From assembly GCA_023205875.1 (NCBI GenBank), contig CP060764.1:124001-188000 (forward strand): a stretch of 64,000 nt of DNA, given 5' to 3'. Source of the DNA: Chloropicon primus. Its lineage: Eukaryota. Positions 23,693 to 35,716 of the stretch are shown piece after piece. A program made the position numbers and the translations under genes. Within the stretch, counting starts at the first letter, position 1; each line of letters starts with the position of its first letter. The notes beneath the pieces were generated by a model that made no database searches, was not told the DNA's origin, and was given only the letters and a program-made list of their open reading frames with translations.

Positions 23693-25066
23693 ATGAAGGC
23701 AGCAGCGACGTGCCGTGGCCTAGGGAGGCCAAGCAGGGAGGCAAGGGCGTTGCGGATGTCTTGCGGATGTCCACTTCCGTCCCTCGGTCAACGCGCTCGT
23801 CGCGTCCCTTGGCGCGGCGTCCAAACGGCGGCCTCCTTCTCGGGAAGGACAGAGAGAGAGGACGAGGCAGAGAGGGATGAGGACTCTCTCGAGGAAGAAT
23901 ACTTTGGAGAGGGAGCCTTTGATGCCGCGAATTTCGTCCCGATGGGCCACGACGATCTCACTGAGCCGCTGTCCGTGGTGCTCTGTGGCTTCAGGCCGGA
24001 AGAGTGCGCTCAATTCCGCGTCCTTCTCGATGAAATAGGAGGGGCAGCCTACAAGGTTCTGCCCAAGAACAAGAGCGAGAGCATGCACCAGAGCGTCCGG
24101 GCGGCGGTGGCATCGATTGAGGTGAATTGGGAGAAGCCAATGGACTCGGAAACCATCTCCTTTCCGTCCTCTGGATCTCCACGGTGCTTGCTGTTCTGTG
24201 GTATGCCGAGGAGCGAGGTGGATATTGTCACGGCCATCTTGGACGAGAACAAGACTCCTTCGTTTGCAGTGGTGATCGTGACCGAGGAAAACGTGGACGA
24301 GACCCTCGGCAAAGTCGTTGTGGACGCTCTCAAGGACCAGAGAGAAGGCATCAGAACGAGGAAGGAGTTCATGTCCTGGAAGAGTGAGCTCACCGAGGAC
24401 GATGTCCTGAAGAAGTCGATATTCAAGGACGAGTCTTCGAAGGCGACCTTCTCTTCTGCGATGAGCTCGGCAGCGCGCCAGAAGGAGAAGACGACGGAGG
24501 TTCCAGCCAAGGAAAGGCACCCGGACGCAGATGACGCGGTTACCGTGGAAGCAGACGCTCAGGGTCCCACGAGCGAGGTTGCCCCGCGGTCGGGTGCCGA
24601 CATAGAGAAGGCTGAAGACGAGGAAGAGATTGCTGAAGGTGTGTTCTCCAAGCCTCTCGACCTGGATGGAGTTCGCAGGGACTTGGCTCAAGACATGAAG
24701 GACGACAAAGTGTTCATGGACCCTTGGCATGCCAGGGGGTTGGAGCCCGACGAATCGAGGGACGTGATGAAAGAGGAGGAGAACGAATTCATTAAGAGAT
24801 GCCAGGAGAGGCTCCTGGAAGAAGCTCTGGAAGCGAAGCAGGAGCGTGCCGCGGACTTGGATCAGCCCCGGCCTTCGAACGAGGAGTTGGCAGATTTGAG
24901 TCTCAGCGGCGAAGTCTCTGCGGGGAGCGGCGGAGACGAGGGGAAGAGTGCAGCAGGGGCACACACTCTCACAAAGGAGGAGATCATAGAGCTGGCCAAG
25001 AAGTACGAGGACGTCGATGTAGACGATATTCTGAAGAGATTCTCGGATCGAAATAATACCATGTAA
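23693..25066 (+). CDS. DUF3783-like plastid protein with acidic C-terminal extension
   Basis: Transit-peptide-like N-terminus, 'VVLCGFRPEE', 'CLLFCGM...FAVVIVTEENVDETLG'. Confidence 0.6.
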   Translation: MKAAATCRGLGRPSREARALRMSCGCPLPSLGQRARRVPWRGVQTAASFSGRTEREDEAERDEDSLEEEYFGEGAFDAANFVPMGHDDLTEPLSVVLCGFRPEECAQFRVLLDEIGGAAYKVLPKNKSESMHQSVRAAVASIEVNWEKPMDSETISFPSSGSPRCLLFCGMPRSEVDIVTAILDENKTPSFAVVIVTEENVDETLGKVVVDALKDQREGIRTRKEFMSWKSELTEDDVLKKSIFKDESSKATFSSAMSSAARQKEKTTEVPAKERHPDADDAVTVEADAQGPTSEVAPRSGADIEKAEDEEEIAEGVFSKPLDLDGVRRDLAQDMKDDKVFMDPWHARGLEPDESRDVMKEEENEFIKRCQERLLEEALEAKQERAADLDQPRPSNEELADLSLSGEVSAGSGGDEGKSAAGAHTLTKEEIIELAKKYEDVDVDDILKRFSDRNNTM

Positions 25067-25111
25067 TATTGTACACAAATTATTTGGGGGAAACCGTTGC
25101 GTCACTCCGGG

Positions 25112-27271
25112 TCACTCCGGGTTTACAACCACGACAGGGAAATCTTTGTTCAGGAAGCGGGACACCAGCTCAAAGCCACTTTTACCCGGGTGGATGACAT
25201 GGCTGCTAATTTTCATGACGAAGCCATGTGGAGCCCCGCACTCCATTGCAATCGCTTCTCGCAGCTTGTCAACGGTGTCCGAGGGACTATGAAGGATTTC
25301 TCCAACCATTTGGCTTGCACTCCCCTTCGAGACATAGATGGTGGAGTATGGTGCCTCCGCCTCGTTCCTTTCACCTTGATTTTGCTGCTGCTGGAATTGC
25401 TGCTGTTGCTGCTGCTGCACCACGCCCACGTTTCCTCCGCCGTACATGCTCTGCTGGAATTGCTGCTGCTGTTGCGGCTGCTCAGGAGCCATTGTCATTG
25501 CCGTACCTACTAGAAGACTTTAATGTATAAGAATTCCAACTCATGAGCGAAACAAAAAAGGCAAAAAAAAGAAAAGGAATACAGCGAGACTCCCCGCGGA
25601 GTGGGTTCACTTACCTCCCATTTGGCTCCCATACATTGCTGCGGCGTTTGGATCCATCATCATCATCTGTTGAGGGTCTTGCATAGCCTGCATCTGTTGC
25701 TGCATCTGTTGCTGCTGTTCCTGCTGCTCTTGGAGCGTGGTCAGGGCTTTCTCGCTCACGCTAGCGGCATCTTCCATCTTTCTCATGAGCAGCTTTGTCT
25801 TGTTGTGGCTCTCGTGGAGCTTCTGCTGAAGCTTCACTATCTTCATCTTGTACTGCACCGTGCTCCTTTCGCTCTCTCTCACGATCTCTGGTATTTCGGC
25901 AGAGGAGGATTCGACTTCGTACTCTGTTCGCAGCGTTCTCAGCTCTTCTTCAAGAGGCCGCCTGTCTGTGCTGAGGGAGACCAACTGCTCCTTGATGTGA
26001 GCATACTGACTTTCCATGCTTTCGATCTCGGTCATTGCCTCGTCGGCATCGAACACGTTCAGCTCCTCTTCCATCTTCCGGAGCGCCACCCTCATGTTCG
26101 ACCTCTGGCAGTTCCTAAGCGTCTGGATCCAGGACTCGGACTCGTAGTACGTGTCCGTCGCGAAGAATTCTTCAAAGATCGGCCCGCCGCCTTCCATCTG
26201 CGGCCTCATCTTGCAGACCACGAAGGAATGCATCGTTCCAGTCCTGGTCGCGCCTGACTCCACCAGCGTGCCCTCCAAGCAAACACTCGTGATGAGCTCC
26301 TTCATGTCCCAGAACCGGAAAACAAAGAGAACGTTCTTGCACAGGACGCAGTACCTTTGTGGCCAAGGCAGAAACATGGACGTTCCCGGCTCGTACACAC
26401 GAAGGAGGCCTTGGAAATCAAACGGAGGGCAAAAGAAAGAACCTCCGAGGAAGAAGTTTCCGCTGTTTTGAGAGTATTGCTGCATCCCTTCGACCGGAAC
26501 GATGGACTGCCGGCTGTGCGCAAGCCCATTCATGTTTCTCAAAGCGTCAGCAGCTGGAGACCCTTCCGATATGGAGAGCCTGGTCAGCGGCTTGCTCCTC
26601 AGCAGGCCCCCTCCCTTGCCTTTCTTCTGCCCCTTCTTCTGTGCTTTCTTTTGTTCCTTGACCTTGACCTTGACCTTCTTGTCCGCCTCCCGATCGTCCT
26701 CCTCCCTGTCGTGCTCCTCCTCCTCGTGCTCTCTCTCTGCCGCCTTCCTCTGGTCCTCCTCGAGAGCCTCGCTCTGACTCACTTCCTCCAAAAACTGCAC
26801 AACGTCGCGAGACTCTTGCTCCTTGGCGTAGTGCAACGGCGTCTTTCCTTCGTTTGTCCGTGCATTAACGTCGCAGCCCAAGGAGTAAAGCCACTTGACG
26901 ACCTCAAGCCTTCCGTCCCTTGCAGAGATGTGCAAAGCTGTCGCACCTCGTGCCGTCTTCGCCTGCACATCTGCATTCGCTGTGGCCAACTGCTTCAGCA
27001 CCGCCAAGTGTCCCTGAGTCGCCGCCATGTGAAGGGGCGTCGCACCTCCTGCGCTCTTCCTATCCACCACCGCTCCATTCTCCAGCAGCCACGACACGCA
27101 CTCCTCGTGACCGAACGCACACGCAAAGTGCAAAGCTGATTCCCCATGCACGTTGCCCACGTTCACGTTGTCAATTTCAGTTTCCAAAAGTTCTTTCAAA
27201 GCTTCCAGGTCTCCCTGCTGAGCAGCTTGTATGAACTTCTTCACCCCTTGCTCCTTCTCCTCCGCTGACAT
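25112..27271 (-). CDS. Ankyrin-repeat + PH-domain + coiled-coil protein with a Q-rich/ubiquitin-like last exon; intron 25507-25614
   Basis: Four ankyrin repeats (GESALHFA, GATPLHMA, GATALHIS, GKTPLHYA) and a PH domain (WPQRYCVL...ESWIQTL). GGA G|gtaagt...tag|GT ACG joins in frame to ORF 25112-25498. Confidence 0.8.
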
Positions 27272-28176
27272 CCTCTCCTCTCCTGTAGACTCCACTCCAC
27301 TCTACTGCGCTCTCTCCAAGATTGTCGTACCGTAGCGTAGCGTAGAGGTCGGTGCCAAGATGAAGTGGATGGACAAGAAAAAAAAAGATGAGGAAGCGGA
27401 AGCGGAAGCGGAAGCTTGGCTCTGTATGTGTGTTTGTGTGATGTGTGTTTGCTTCTCCCTGGGTGTCTTGGTTGCCGTCCTTGTCTCGGTCTTGGGTTGT
27501 GCCTCCTCGCTGTCCTCCTTCCTCGCTGTCCGAGGAAAAAACCAATCGTCAACGACGAAACACTGGAGCGTCAACGGACATCAGGGTCAGGGAGGAGGGA
27601 GGAGGGAGGAGGGAGGGAGGAGGAAGCTTGGATCACGGGGAGGGAGGGAGGGATGCCTTCGATGGATGGATGGATGGATGTGTTGGATCACTAGGAAGAT
27701 CTTCATCTTCTTACCAGAGTCTTAAGCAGTCGAGCAATGAGGAAGAAGAAAGGAAGGTGCAACGGACATAAGCCAAGGAACACGGAGAGGAGGAGGAGGA
27801 GGAGGAGGGAGGAGGAAGCTTGGATCACGGGGATGGATGGATGGATGGGTGGGTTGGATTGGATCACCCATGCCAGGGTCAAGCGATTAGGAAAATTGCG
27901 ACAGACATCGGAGCGGAGGGGAAACAACCAGGAATGAGGACACAAACACAAACAAAAAACTTGTGACGCAAGCAAAGAGAGATAGAGAGGGCGAGAGGGC
28001 GAGAGGGAAAGGGAAAGGACCGACACAGTCGAGCGGCAAGATCATATTCGTGCATTGAGGGCCTCGTTGCTTGACGTTGTAATTGTTGGTAAACATTCTT
28101 TTCTTCCCCGCTTGATTGGCCCGGGAAATACATTTATTGGAGACGGAGATGGGCCTATGCCTACCTCTGTCGACGG

Positions 28177-29516
28177 TTACGCTCTCTTCTTGGTGCTCTT
28201 CTTGTACTTCCTCATGTAGAAGGTGAAGAACAGAACAAAGAGGGAGCTCATCATGAACTGAGAAGAGTTTAGACGGAAAAGAAGCAAAGGGAAGGTCGGT
28301 TGTCAGTACACGCGCACACAGGAAGCGCCAAGCGCCTGACTCTTCTCCCTACCGAACGAACGAACTTACGATTTGGAGCACTGGCAGGACCACGGGCACG
28401 GTCTTGTGGACGTAGAGGTAGACAGCGTGCGCGATGCAGGTCAAGAACTGAATCATTTGCATCTTTGTCAGGTGCCTCTTCCATGGGCAGCTGATCTTGA
28501 GGGCCGCCATAAAGTAGTAGCTGTACATCAAGACGTGGATAAAGGAGTTGCACAAGGCCCCGAAGTAGCTGTCGCCTCCACAGTACACCTGGATCGATCG
28601 AATCCCACAAAGAAAGAAAGACAGAGAGACAAAGAGAGCTAGAGTCAGTGACCCAAACGTCCCGTGCGTCGTCCTCCACGCCCTCACGGCTGGCGTACCT
28701 TGGTAACCACCCACCAGCACCAAGCGATCGTGAGGTGGTGGTATATGTGCAAGAAGCTGAGCTGTTCGTTCTTCTTCCTCAGCACCATGAAGATGGAGTC
28801 AAAGAATTCCAAGTACTTGTTGTTGTAGTGGAGCCAAATGAAGAAGCCCAACCCAAAGTTGCTACCGATGTCCGCGTCGTAGTTGCCCCAAACGTTAAGC
28901 TTGTTCGCATAGCCCTTGCCCATCACCTCTCTCACGAAGCCGTAGCAGCACCAAGAGTTGTAGATGACCTACAAGGAGGATGAGAGAGGCAAGCAAAGCC
29001 CAGGTGAGTGAGCTGGAATGGAGTGGAACGGCAGTGTACAAGCAAAGGCGGCCTGTGTCCACCTGATCTTACCTGGTACAAGTTGTAAACGAGCATCGAG
29101 TCCTTGAGCTCAAAGGCTTTCCTGTTCTGTTGTGGCCGTCCAGGGGAAAGAGCAACGAGAGCACCGGAAGAAGACGATGGGCAAACATGATGCAAGGAGA
29201 TAAAGTCAGCCGAGGTTACGATGATGAGGTTGAAGACGACGACGATGGTATCTCTACAGTGTGGCTCCTCGTCCCTCTCTTCAAAACCTTCAAAGAGACA
29301 ACCTTGGCCAATGCCCTCACTCACCTTCATGATCATGGGTCCCACGGTGACAAGGAGCAAGTAAAACACCGTGCCAGCCACAGGAACCGTCAAATCAGAC
29401 TCGAAGATCGTTTGGTCCTTCTTATACTGTTCCGCCATTTTCCCTTCGAGTTGGTACAAGTGCCACAGGTGCACCAAACTCAAGTAAGGCAAGTACTTTC
29501 TCAAAACAGACAACAT
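28177..29516 (-). CDS. ELO-family fatty-acid elongase (PUFA elongase-like), multi-exon
   Basis: KYLEFFDSIFMVLRKK..QLSFLHIYHH, NSFIHVLMYSYY, TKMQMIQF motifs spread over GT-AG-separated exons. K-rich C-terminus. Confidence 0.93.
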
Positions 29517-30750
29517 GGTTGCGTTGTCCCTGTCTGTCCTCCTAATTGAAACCCAATTGCAAGGACCTTCCTTCACCTCTGTCAGACCAGCAAAGGTCTC
29601 TCTCTCTCTGTCTCAATGAGACAAGCCGCCTGCCTGCGCTGCTGCGTTTACACTCCACTACGGAAAAAGTTGAAGACACTCCATCTTTGTCCTCCAGGCA
29701 TGAAAGACAATGCCGATCCAAGAGATAGAGACAGAGACAGAGACAGAGGTTGATCCCACCGTAGAGTCGCCTTCCATGATCCCCATCACATCATCGTCTC
29801 TTCTTCCCCCTCCCTCTCCCTCTCTCAAGCTGCTGCACTAGTATGCCCCCAGGTGATACCTTGAAAGGCCAACGCAAGGGGAGACCACAGTCGAGGACAA
29901 TGCCGATCCAAGAGACAGAGAGGGCAGGAGGGGAAGGGAGACTGCCATCACTCACCGCCACCTTCATCGTCCTCCACTCTCTGTGCTCTCTCCAGCCACT
30001 GCACTAGTATGCCAGCACAGTCTGTCCTGCACAGAGACAAGAACAAAGGGAGGAGACAGTGGAGAACAGACGATCGCAACGGGATGGGACAATGTGAACC
30101 CAAGCAGAGGGAGAGAGGGAGAGGGGGCAGAGACAGACAGAGAGAGGGAGAGAGAGGCAGGAAGGAGAGACCGTCCGACCTTCCCCTTCTCTGTCTTCCC
30201 CTCCCTCTCGTACACCTCTCGTACACCTCTCGTACACCTCTCGTACATTTTTTGAATTCAACAGTCACTAAAAAGGGAGCGTCTGGGCGACAGACAGAAG
30301 GCGAAAGAGGTGAGTTCAAGAGAAGACGACGGACGAGTGCAGAGGCTCGTGCGGTCAACGACGGGGTCAGTGGAAAGAAAATTTTGTCCTCTTTCGAGAG
30401 AGCTCTCTCTTGAAGGGAATGACGCATTGTGGAGGATTTAGAAGGACTGAACCCATAGAACTGATTTTGTTTTTGTCACAAGGAAGGCGAAAGGAGGTGA
30501 GTGGAAGAGCAAAGTTCGGGACGGGACGGGAGCGAGGTCGGTCGGGAAGATGAGGAGCGACACACGAACATCCCTTTCTCTTTCGTTTGACCCCTCTGTG
30601 GAAGGGAACGTTTCTCTGTCGAGGACTTGAGGGACTGAACGTGAAGTTTTTTGTTTTTGTTTTTGTTTTTTTTGCTTTGTTTTGTTCCGCCTGCCTCCAT
30701 CGAAGGACGAGGACGAGAGAAGAGAAGAGCGGAGCGGGAGGACGGACACG

Positions 30751-32088
30751 ATGGTGGGTTCTCACAACTCGTACAGCTTCCCAATTTTGAGCCAGGGGGA
30801 GATCCTGGAGTGCTTGAACGAACTCGAGATGGAGGTGGAAGACGCGCAGCTTGCCAAGCCGAACTACGAGTTCGTGAGGAAGCTTTACGAGAACCTCGTG
30901 ATACTACTGGTTGGAATCTCCAGGGAGGAGATGCAGCAGCCCATCTTCAGCGCCATTGAGTGCTTGCAGTTCCCCGAGCTGCACGACAGCAGCATCCCAA
31001 ACATCGTGTTCAGCAAGAACTTGTCGAAACTCATGAGCGCTTCGGGGCTTCAGGACTTTTCCCTTGTCAAGGACCTATACAAGCCGGAGTCCGCTCGCCT
31101 CAGGAGGAACCTGAGCGCCATCATCAACTTTGCAAAGTTCCGTGAGGAGAAGCTCTCTCTGTTCACAGAGCTGCAGGACCAGAGCGACGGTTTGAGCGCG
31201 AGGCTGGCCTCTCTGAAGGAGGAGCACAAGCGTCTCGGGGCCGATGAGGCAGAGCACCGCGAGGCGAGGGACGCCGAGGAGGAGGAGACCCTTAAGCTCG
31301 AGAAGGAGACTATTGAGCTCGAGGCCCAGCTGAGGACCTTGAACAAAGAGCAGGCTGTGCTCCAGAGCGAGATCAGAACAAGCAAGAGCGTGTCCAAGGA
31401 GATGAGCGACAAGGTGCAGGAGGAGAAAGCCAAGCTCGAGGAGGAGAACAAGAAGAAGGAGGAGCTCAAGTCGAGAATCGTTTTGGATTCTCCTGGGAAA
31501 ATGCAAAAGGTCCTCAAGGAGATCGAGGACAACATCGAGAACGAGCGCCAGTGCATCGCTGACGTCGAGTCAAGGGCGAGGGACGCGTCCCACAAACTCG
31601 AGACGCTGTGCAGGTCGGAGAAGGACCTCTTGAAGCTCACGAAGTTGATGGAGGAAGTCGAGAAGGACATAGAGAAGTACAAGGACACGAGCAGGAAGGT
31701 GAAGGAGTCGAGCGCGCAGGTTGTGAACCACGAGAATGAGCTCATCTCCCTCGGGGCACAGGAGCAGCACCTCAAAAGGCAGCAGAACATGCTCACGGAG
31801 AGGCTCGGGCGTCTCGAGCAGCAGTTCCAGCTCAAGGTGGAAGCGACGGCGTCCAGTGTGGAGAACCAGCAGAGGAACAAGGAGAACGCTCAGATGGAGC
31901 ACATGACCGCTCAGCAGAAACTCATGAACAACGAGGCTATCTGCAAGACCTACCAGGAGAAAATCAAGGAGCTCAAGACGAGCCATGGACAGGAAATTCA
32001 CGCCCTGAACGACAAGTACAACCAGCTCTGCCACCAAGTGCAGGAGTACCACAAGCTGCTGGTCGAAACGATGGAGGCGAAGACGTGA
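30751..32088 (+). CDS. NUF2: Kinetochore protein Nuf2
   Basis: YSFPIL...EIL.CL.EL CH domain, DLYKPE..RLRRNLSAIINFAKFREEK, and a long coiled coil. Confidence 0.93.
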   Translation: MVGSHNSYSFPILSQGEILECLNELEMEVEDAQLAKPNYEFVRKLYENLVILLVGISREEMQQPIFSAIECLQFPELHDSSIPNIVFSKNLSKLMSASGLQDFSLVKDLYKPESARLRRNLSAIINFAKFREEKLSLFTELQDQSDGLSARLASLKEEHKRLGADEAEHREARDAEEEETLKLEKETIELEAQLRTLNKEQAVLQSEIRTSKSVSKEMSDKVQEEKAKLEEENKKKEELKSRIVLDSPGKMQKVLKEIEDNIENERQCIADVESRARDASHKLETLCRSEKDLLKLTKLMEEVEKDIEKYKDTSRKVKESSAQVVNHENELISLGAQEQHLKRQQNMLTERLGRLEQQFQLKVEATASSVENQQRNKENAQMEHMTAQQKLMNNEAICKTYQEKIKELKTSHGQEIHALNDKYNQLCHQVQEYHKLLVETMEAKT

Positions 32089-32192
32089 GACCCTTCGGCG
32101 GAGCAAATTCAAACCTTTGTGTAGTGTATCGTACTAATTTTCGTTGTCTTATCACCCCCCCCCCTCCTAGACAAGGAAGCTTTTCGCGTCGT

Positions 32193-33335
32193 TTACTGCA
32201 GGTGACCCAACACCCTCTGCAAGACGTCCCTTTCCTTGGCTTCCCACCACTCGTCCCTCTTCTCTGCGGCATGCCTGTGCATATTCCAATGCCCCCAGTC
32301 CTCCCTCGTGAGTGCAATCCTCTCTTTTGGGTTGCTCTCGAACGCTCTCACCAGCGCGTCGTAGCACCTCTTGAACTTCGGGTCCTCCATTCTGATCTCG
32401 TGCAAAGAGGAAGCGATGCTTGACACCGTCCTCGCCGAGTCAGGCCTCTCCCCCTGCTTTGCCGCCCCCACTGCTGCAGGTAACGGGGTCCCAGAGGTCG
32501 TCGGGATCGAGAAATCCCCTGACAGCGACCTCCCAGCACCACAATTGCGCTTTCCTGGCGGCTTGAGCGACTTCTTCTTCTCCGAACTCGTCTGCAAGAC
32601 GTGCTTCGCCTTGGCAATGCCTTCAGCCTTCCTGACTTTGGCGCTCTGCTCTTCTCCTGGCTTGATTTCAATTTGATTCGCTTTCCTCTTCTGCGACGCC
32701 CTCTCCACACTTTTCCGCCGTTCCTGCTCCCCGTGCTCCTCCTTCGCCTTCCTCTCCCGCTCGATGAGCTCCATGCTTCCCTCCTTCTTCCTGTCCTCGA
32801 TGCTCTTGGGCACGTATTCCTTCCCAGGCTTGAACTGTTTCGACCCCGAGTCAAAGTAATAGTCCAGTTGAAGGCTCTCTGTGATCAACACCTGCCCCCC
32901 CTGGCCGCCTGCTATCTCGAACTTCTCGATGCTAAGCCACTCCTTGTCACCATCGTCGTACTCAATGAAGAATGCTTTCTTAATCGTCACCTCCTTCAAA
33001 CCCTTCGCTAAGACGTCCTCATTGGCCACTTCATGCTTCGCTCGAAAGGCTTTCCTCACGTCAAGTATCTTCCCACTATAGTAAGCATTCTCCTCCTTCC
33101 AGAACACCTTGCACGTCCTTCCCAAAGCATTCAGATACCTCGGTATCGCCAAAGCAGGCTTCACCGCCACAGGCTTCTGCTTCTGCTTCTCCTTCCCGAG
33201 GGCCTTGTCCTTCGCCTTGGGCACAAGCTTAACACCCATCTTCACATTCACCACAGGCTGAGGCTTCGCCGCCCTTGGACTTGACCTCTCTCCTTCTCCT
33301 CCTCCGGAGCCCTCCCCTCCTCTCGCCCTCACCAT
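32193..33335 (-). CDS. Tudor-like domain nuclear protein of unknown function
   Basis: LGRTCKVFWKEENAYYSGKI...IEYDDGDKEWL Tudor signature. The rest is basic and low-complexity. Confidence 0.65.
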   Translation of the reverse strand: MVRARGGEGSGGGEGERSSPRAAKPQPVVNVKMGVKLVPKAKDKALGKEKQKQKPVAVKPALAIPRYLNALGRTCKVFWKEENAYYSGKILDVRKAFRAKHEVANEDVLAKGLKEVTIKKAFFIEYDDGDKEWLSIEKFEIAGGQGGQVLITESLQLDYYFDSGSKQFKPGKEYVPKSIEDRKKEGSMELIERERKAKEEHGEQERRKSVERASQKRKANQIEIKPGEEQSAKVRKAEGIAKAKHVLQTSSEKKKSLKPPGKRNCGAGRSLSGDFSIPTTSGTPLPAAVGAAKQGERPDSARTVSSIASSLHEIRMEDPKFKRCYDALVRAFESNPKERIALTREDWGHWNMHRHAAEKRDEWWEAKERDVLQRVLGHLQ

Positions 33336-33586
33336 CGTGGCGTCGCCCCTCTGCTCACTGCTCTGCTGCTTCGTACGCTCTCTGCTGCTCCAGGACCACA
33401 GAGGTGAGTTAGAGGACCGAGGGCCGAGGAGGACGGGGACAAAGGGGAAGGGAGGCTTGATCGATGGAAGGAGCGTCTCATTATCTTTCGTTTGAGCCAT
33501 CGCGTGAAGGATTTGGTGAGGATGGAAGGGACTAACACAAAAGTTTTGGGTGTTGCAGGGCAGAGGGTGGGTGAGGGAGAGGCATC

Positions 33587-34399
33587 ATGGGGGGGAAGAG
33601 GAAAGGTCGTTCGGGGGGAGGATCGGGCCATCGGAACAAGGATGGGTCTGTCTCGCAGTCTGCGACCCGGGGTGACCCCCGCACCGAGAAGTTGAACCAC
33701 TTGATGGCCGAAGTGTCTTGGGATGGCGATGCGAGGGAGGCCTGGGAACTGAAAGCGGTGGACTTGGCCGAGGACCAGCCAGGTTTCCTCGTCACAGTCG
33801 ATAACTTCTTAACTCCTTACGAGTGCAAGCAACTGAGGTCGATCATGGAGCAAGTGGGATTGAATCCAGCGAGCAAGGCGGACTTGAAGCCGAGGAAGAA
33901 TGAGGCTTACCTGAACAGAGAGAGCTTGGCGTGTCCTTGCAGAGTCCTGTACGATAAGATCTACGAGAGAATGCGGCCGTTTGCTCCGGAGCTGGAGGGA
34001 AGGGAGTGCGTGGGTCTCACGGAGAGGCTTCGGTATTACATCTACAGGAAGGGCCACAGGTTTGATGCCCACGTGGACGTAAGCAACAAGGGACCTGGTC
34101 CCGGGGAAGAGACCGAGTACACTTTGTTGATTTACTTGAACGGCACCAGCATGTCTGACCTGGAGGGCGGCGAAACAATTTTTTGGGAGACGAAGAAGAA
34201 AGAGCTGTGCAGAATCGCGCCCGAACAAGGGAAGCTGCTTTTGCATGCCCATGGACACAGATGTCTTCTGCATGCGGGCAACCTCGTGACGAGAGGAGTC
34301 AAGTACATGATACGAAGCGACGTGATGTACAGAAGGGAAGGGGCTCAATCGTCGAACGAGGACGCGTACCGGCCGAAGACGAAGGACTACACCGTCTGA
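33587..34399 (+). CDS. 2-oxoglutarate/Fe(II) dioxygenase (prolyl-4-hydroxylase-like)
   Basis: DNFLT..EC, FDAHVD (HxD), TLLIYLN, GGETIF, LLHAG...GVKYMIRSD. Confidence 0.88.
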   Translation: MGGKRKGRSGGGSGHRNKDGSVSQSATRGDPRTEKLNHLMAEVSWDGDAREAWELKAVDLAEDQPGFLVTVDNFLTPYECKQLRSIMEQVGLNPASKADLKPRKNEAYLNRESLACPCRVLYDKIYERMRPFAPELEGRECVGLTERLRYYIYRKGHRFDAHVDVSNKGPGPGEETEYTLLIYLNGTSMSDLEGGETIFWETKKKELCRIAPEQGKLLLHAHGHRCLLHAGNLVTRGVKYMIRSDVMYRREGAQSSNEDAYRPKTKDYTV

Positions 34400-34418
34400 T
34401 TACAAAACTAGTACACCG

Positions 34419-35716
34419 CTAATCAAATCGGCTCATGTTCTCGTACTTCTTGTTGTTGCCCTTCCTCTTCTTCTTCATTATTTTTGTCCTGCTTCCCGCA
34501 GGGTTGGAGGCCTGATGCTTGGGCTTCCTTGGCTCCGCACGCTTCCCCTCGGGCTCCTCCTCCTCCTCCTCCTGCTCTCTCTTCCACTCCTTTGGGTGCG
34601 CAGCGCACAAGCAAGTGAGCCTCACCCCGAGCTGCCTGGTTCCCAAGGCCTCCAACACGGTGTCACCCCCGCTTCCCAGCTTCCTGGTGTCCCAGACCTT
34701 CAGATCGCCCTCGCTGGAGGCGCTGACAAAGTAGTTTGGGTACGAGCTCCCCTCCACATCGTTCCCCCCCATGTCGAAAGGCACGGCCAGGCCCTTCACC
34801 CTCTTGCCGTGCGCCTTGAACTCGACCCCCTTGCTGGACGACCTCAGATCCCAGGTGCAGACAGTCCCGTCCGCGCAGCCGGAGAAGAGGTACGTCGACC
34901 CGGGGTAGCACATGGACTGGATGTTCTTCCCCTTCATGCCCAGCGACTCGTTCACGTCGGGGTTCTCCATGTCCCGCACCACGATGGTGTCCCTCCCTCG
35001 GCCGACGTACCTGTTGTCGATCTGGCTCAGAACAATCTCATCGATCGGCTGCGCGAGCTTGCTCTTGTAAGTGACCCTCCCCTTGATGAGGTTCCACATA
35101 CACAAGCTGCTGTCCTCGTCGCAGGACAGAGCGATTTTGCCGGACGAGTGCACGGCTACGGACTTCACCCCTCGCTTGTGTCCTCGAAGCTTGCTCATGA
35201 TCTTGAAGTCCTTCACCCTCCATATGTTGATCAGGCCATCCACCCCGCCGCTGAACAGGTGGCTCGGCCTCTCTGCCGTGCCAGGCGTGAACAGATCCAA
35301 GCAAGTCACGGCGCCCTCGTGCTCCACCAGGGTCCCCAGGTCCTTCCCGTTCACCAAGTCATACATACGAACGCAGTCGTCGTCCCCGCCGGACACCAGC
35401 AGCCCTCCCTTGGCCTGCGGACACCACCACCACCACCACCCCCAAAAAGGGAGAACAACGAAGGAGCACGAGAATCACGAGGAGGAGCAGGAGCAGGAGG
35501 TCAGAACCCAATTCGGTTCTGGTGTTGGAGAAAGAGAAGGGACCTGGAGTGCGGACTCACCTTGACGCACTTGACGGGACCCTGGTGAGCTTTCACCGCA
35601 AACCTCTGGGTCCACGCGTACCCATCGTCGCAATCCGGCGTCGTGGCCTCGTGCCCCAGGACGAAGCGCTCGTAGCACCCGCTGATGACGTGAGACCTCG
35701 TCGAGTAGTTCATCAT
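34419..35716 (-). CDS. PAK1IP1: WD40 ribosome-biogenesis factor Mak11/PAK1IP1; intron 35415-35560
   Basis: ISGCYERFVLG, AHQGPVKC, SGGDDD.VRMYD, VHSSGKIALS, MWNLIKGR, H.KRVK, RLTCL, and a K-rich tail. Confidence 0.88.

Noticed and set aside
27300..28130. Purine-rich repeats (GGA, GGAT) with a duplicated ggaagcttggatcacgggga
   Set aside because: Low-complexity microsatellite region with no evidence of a mobile element.
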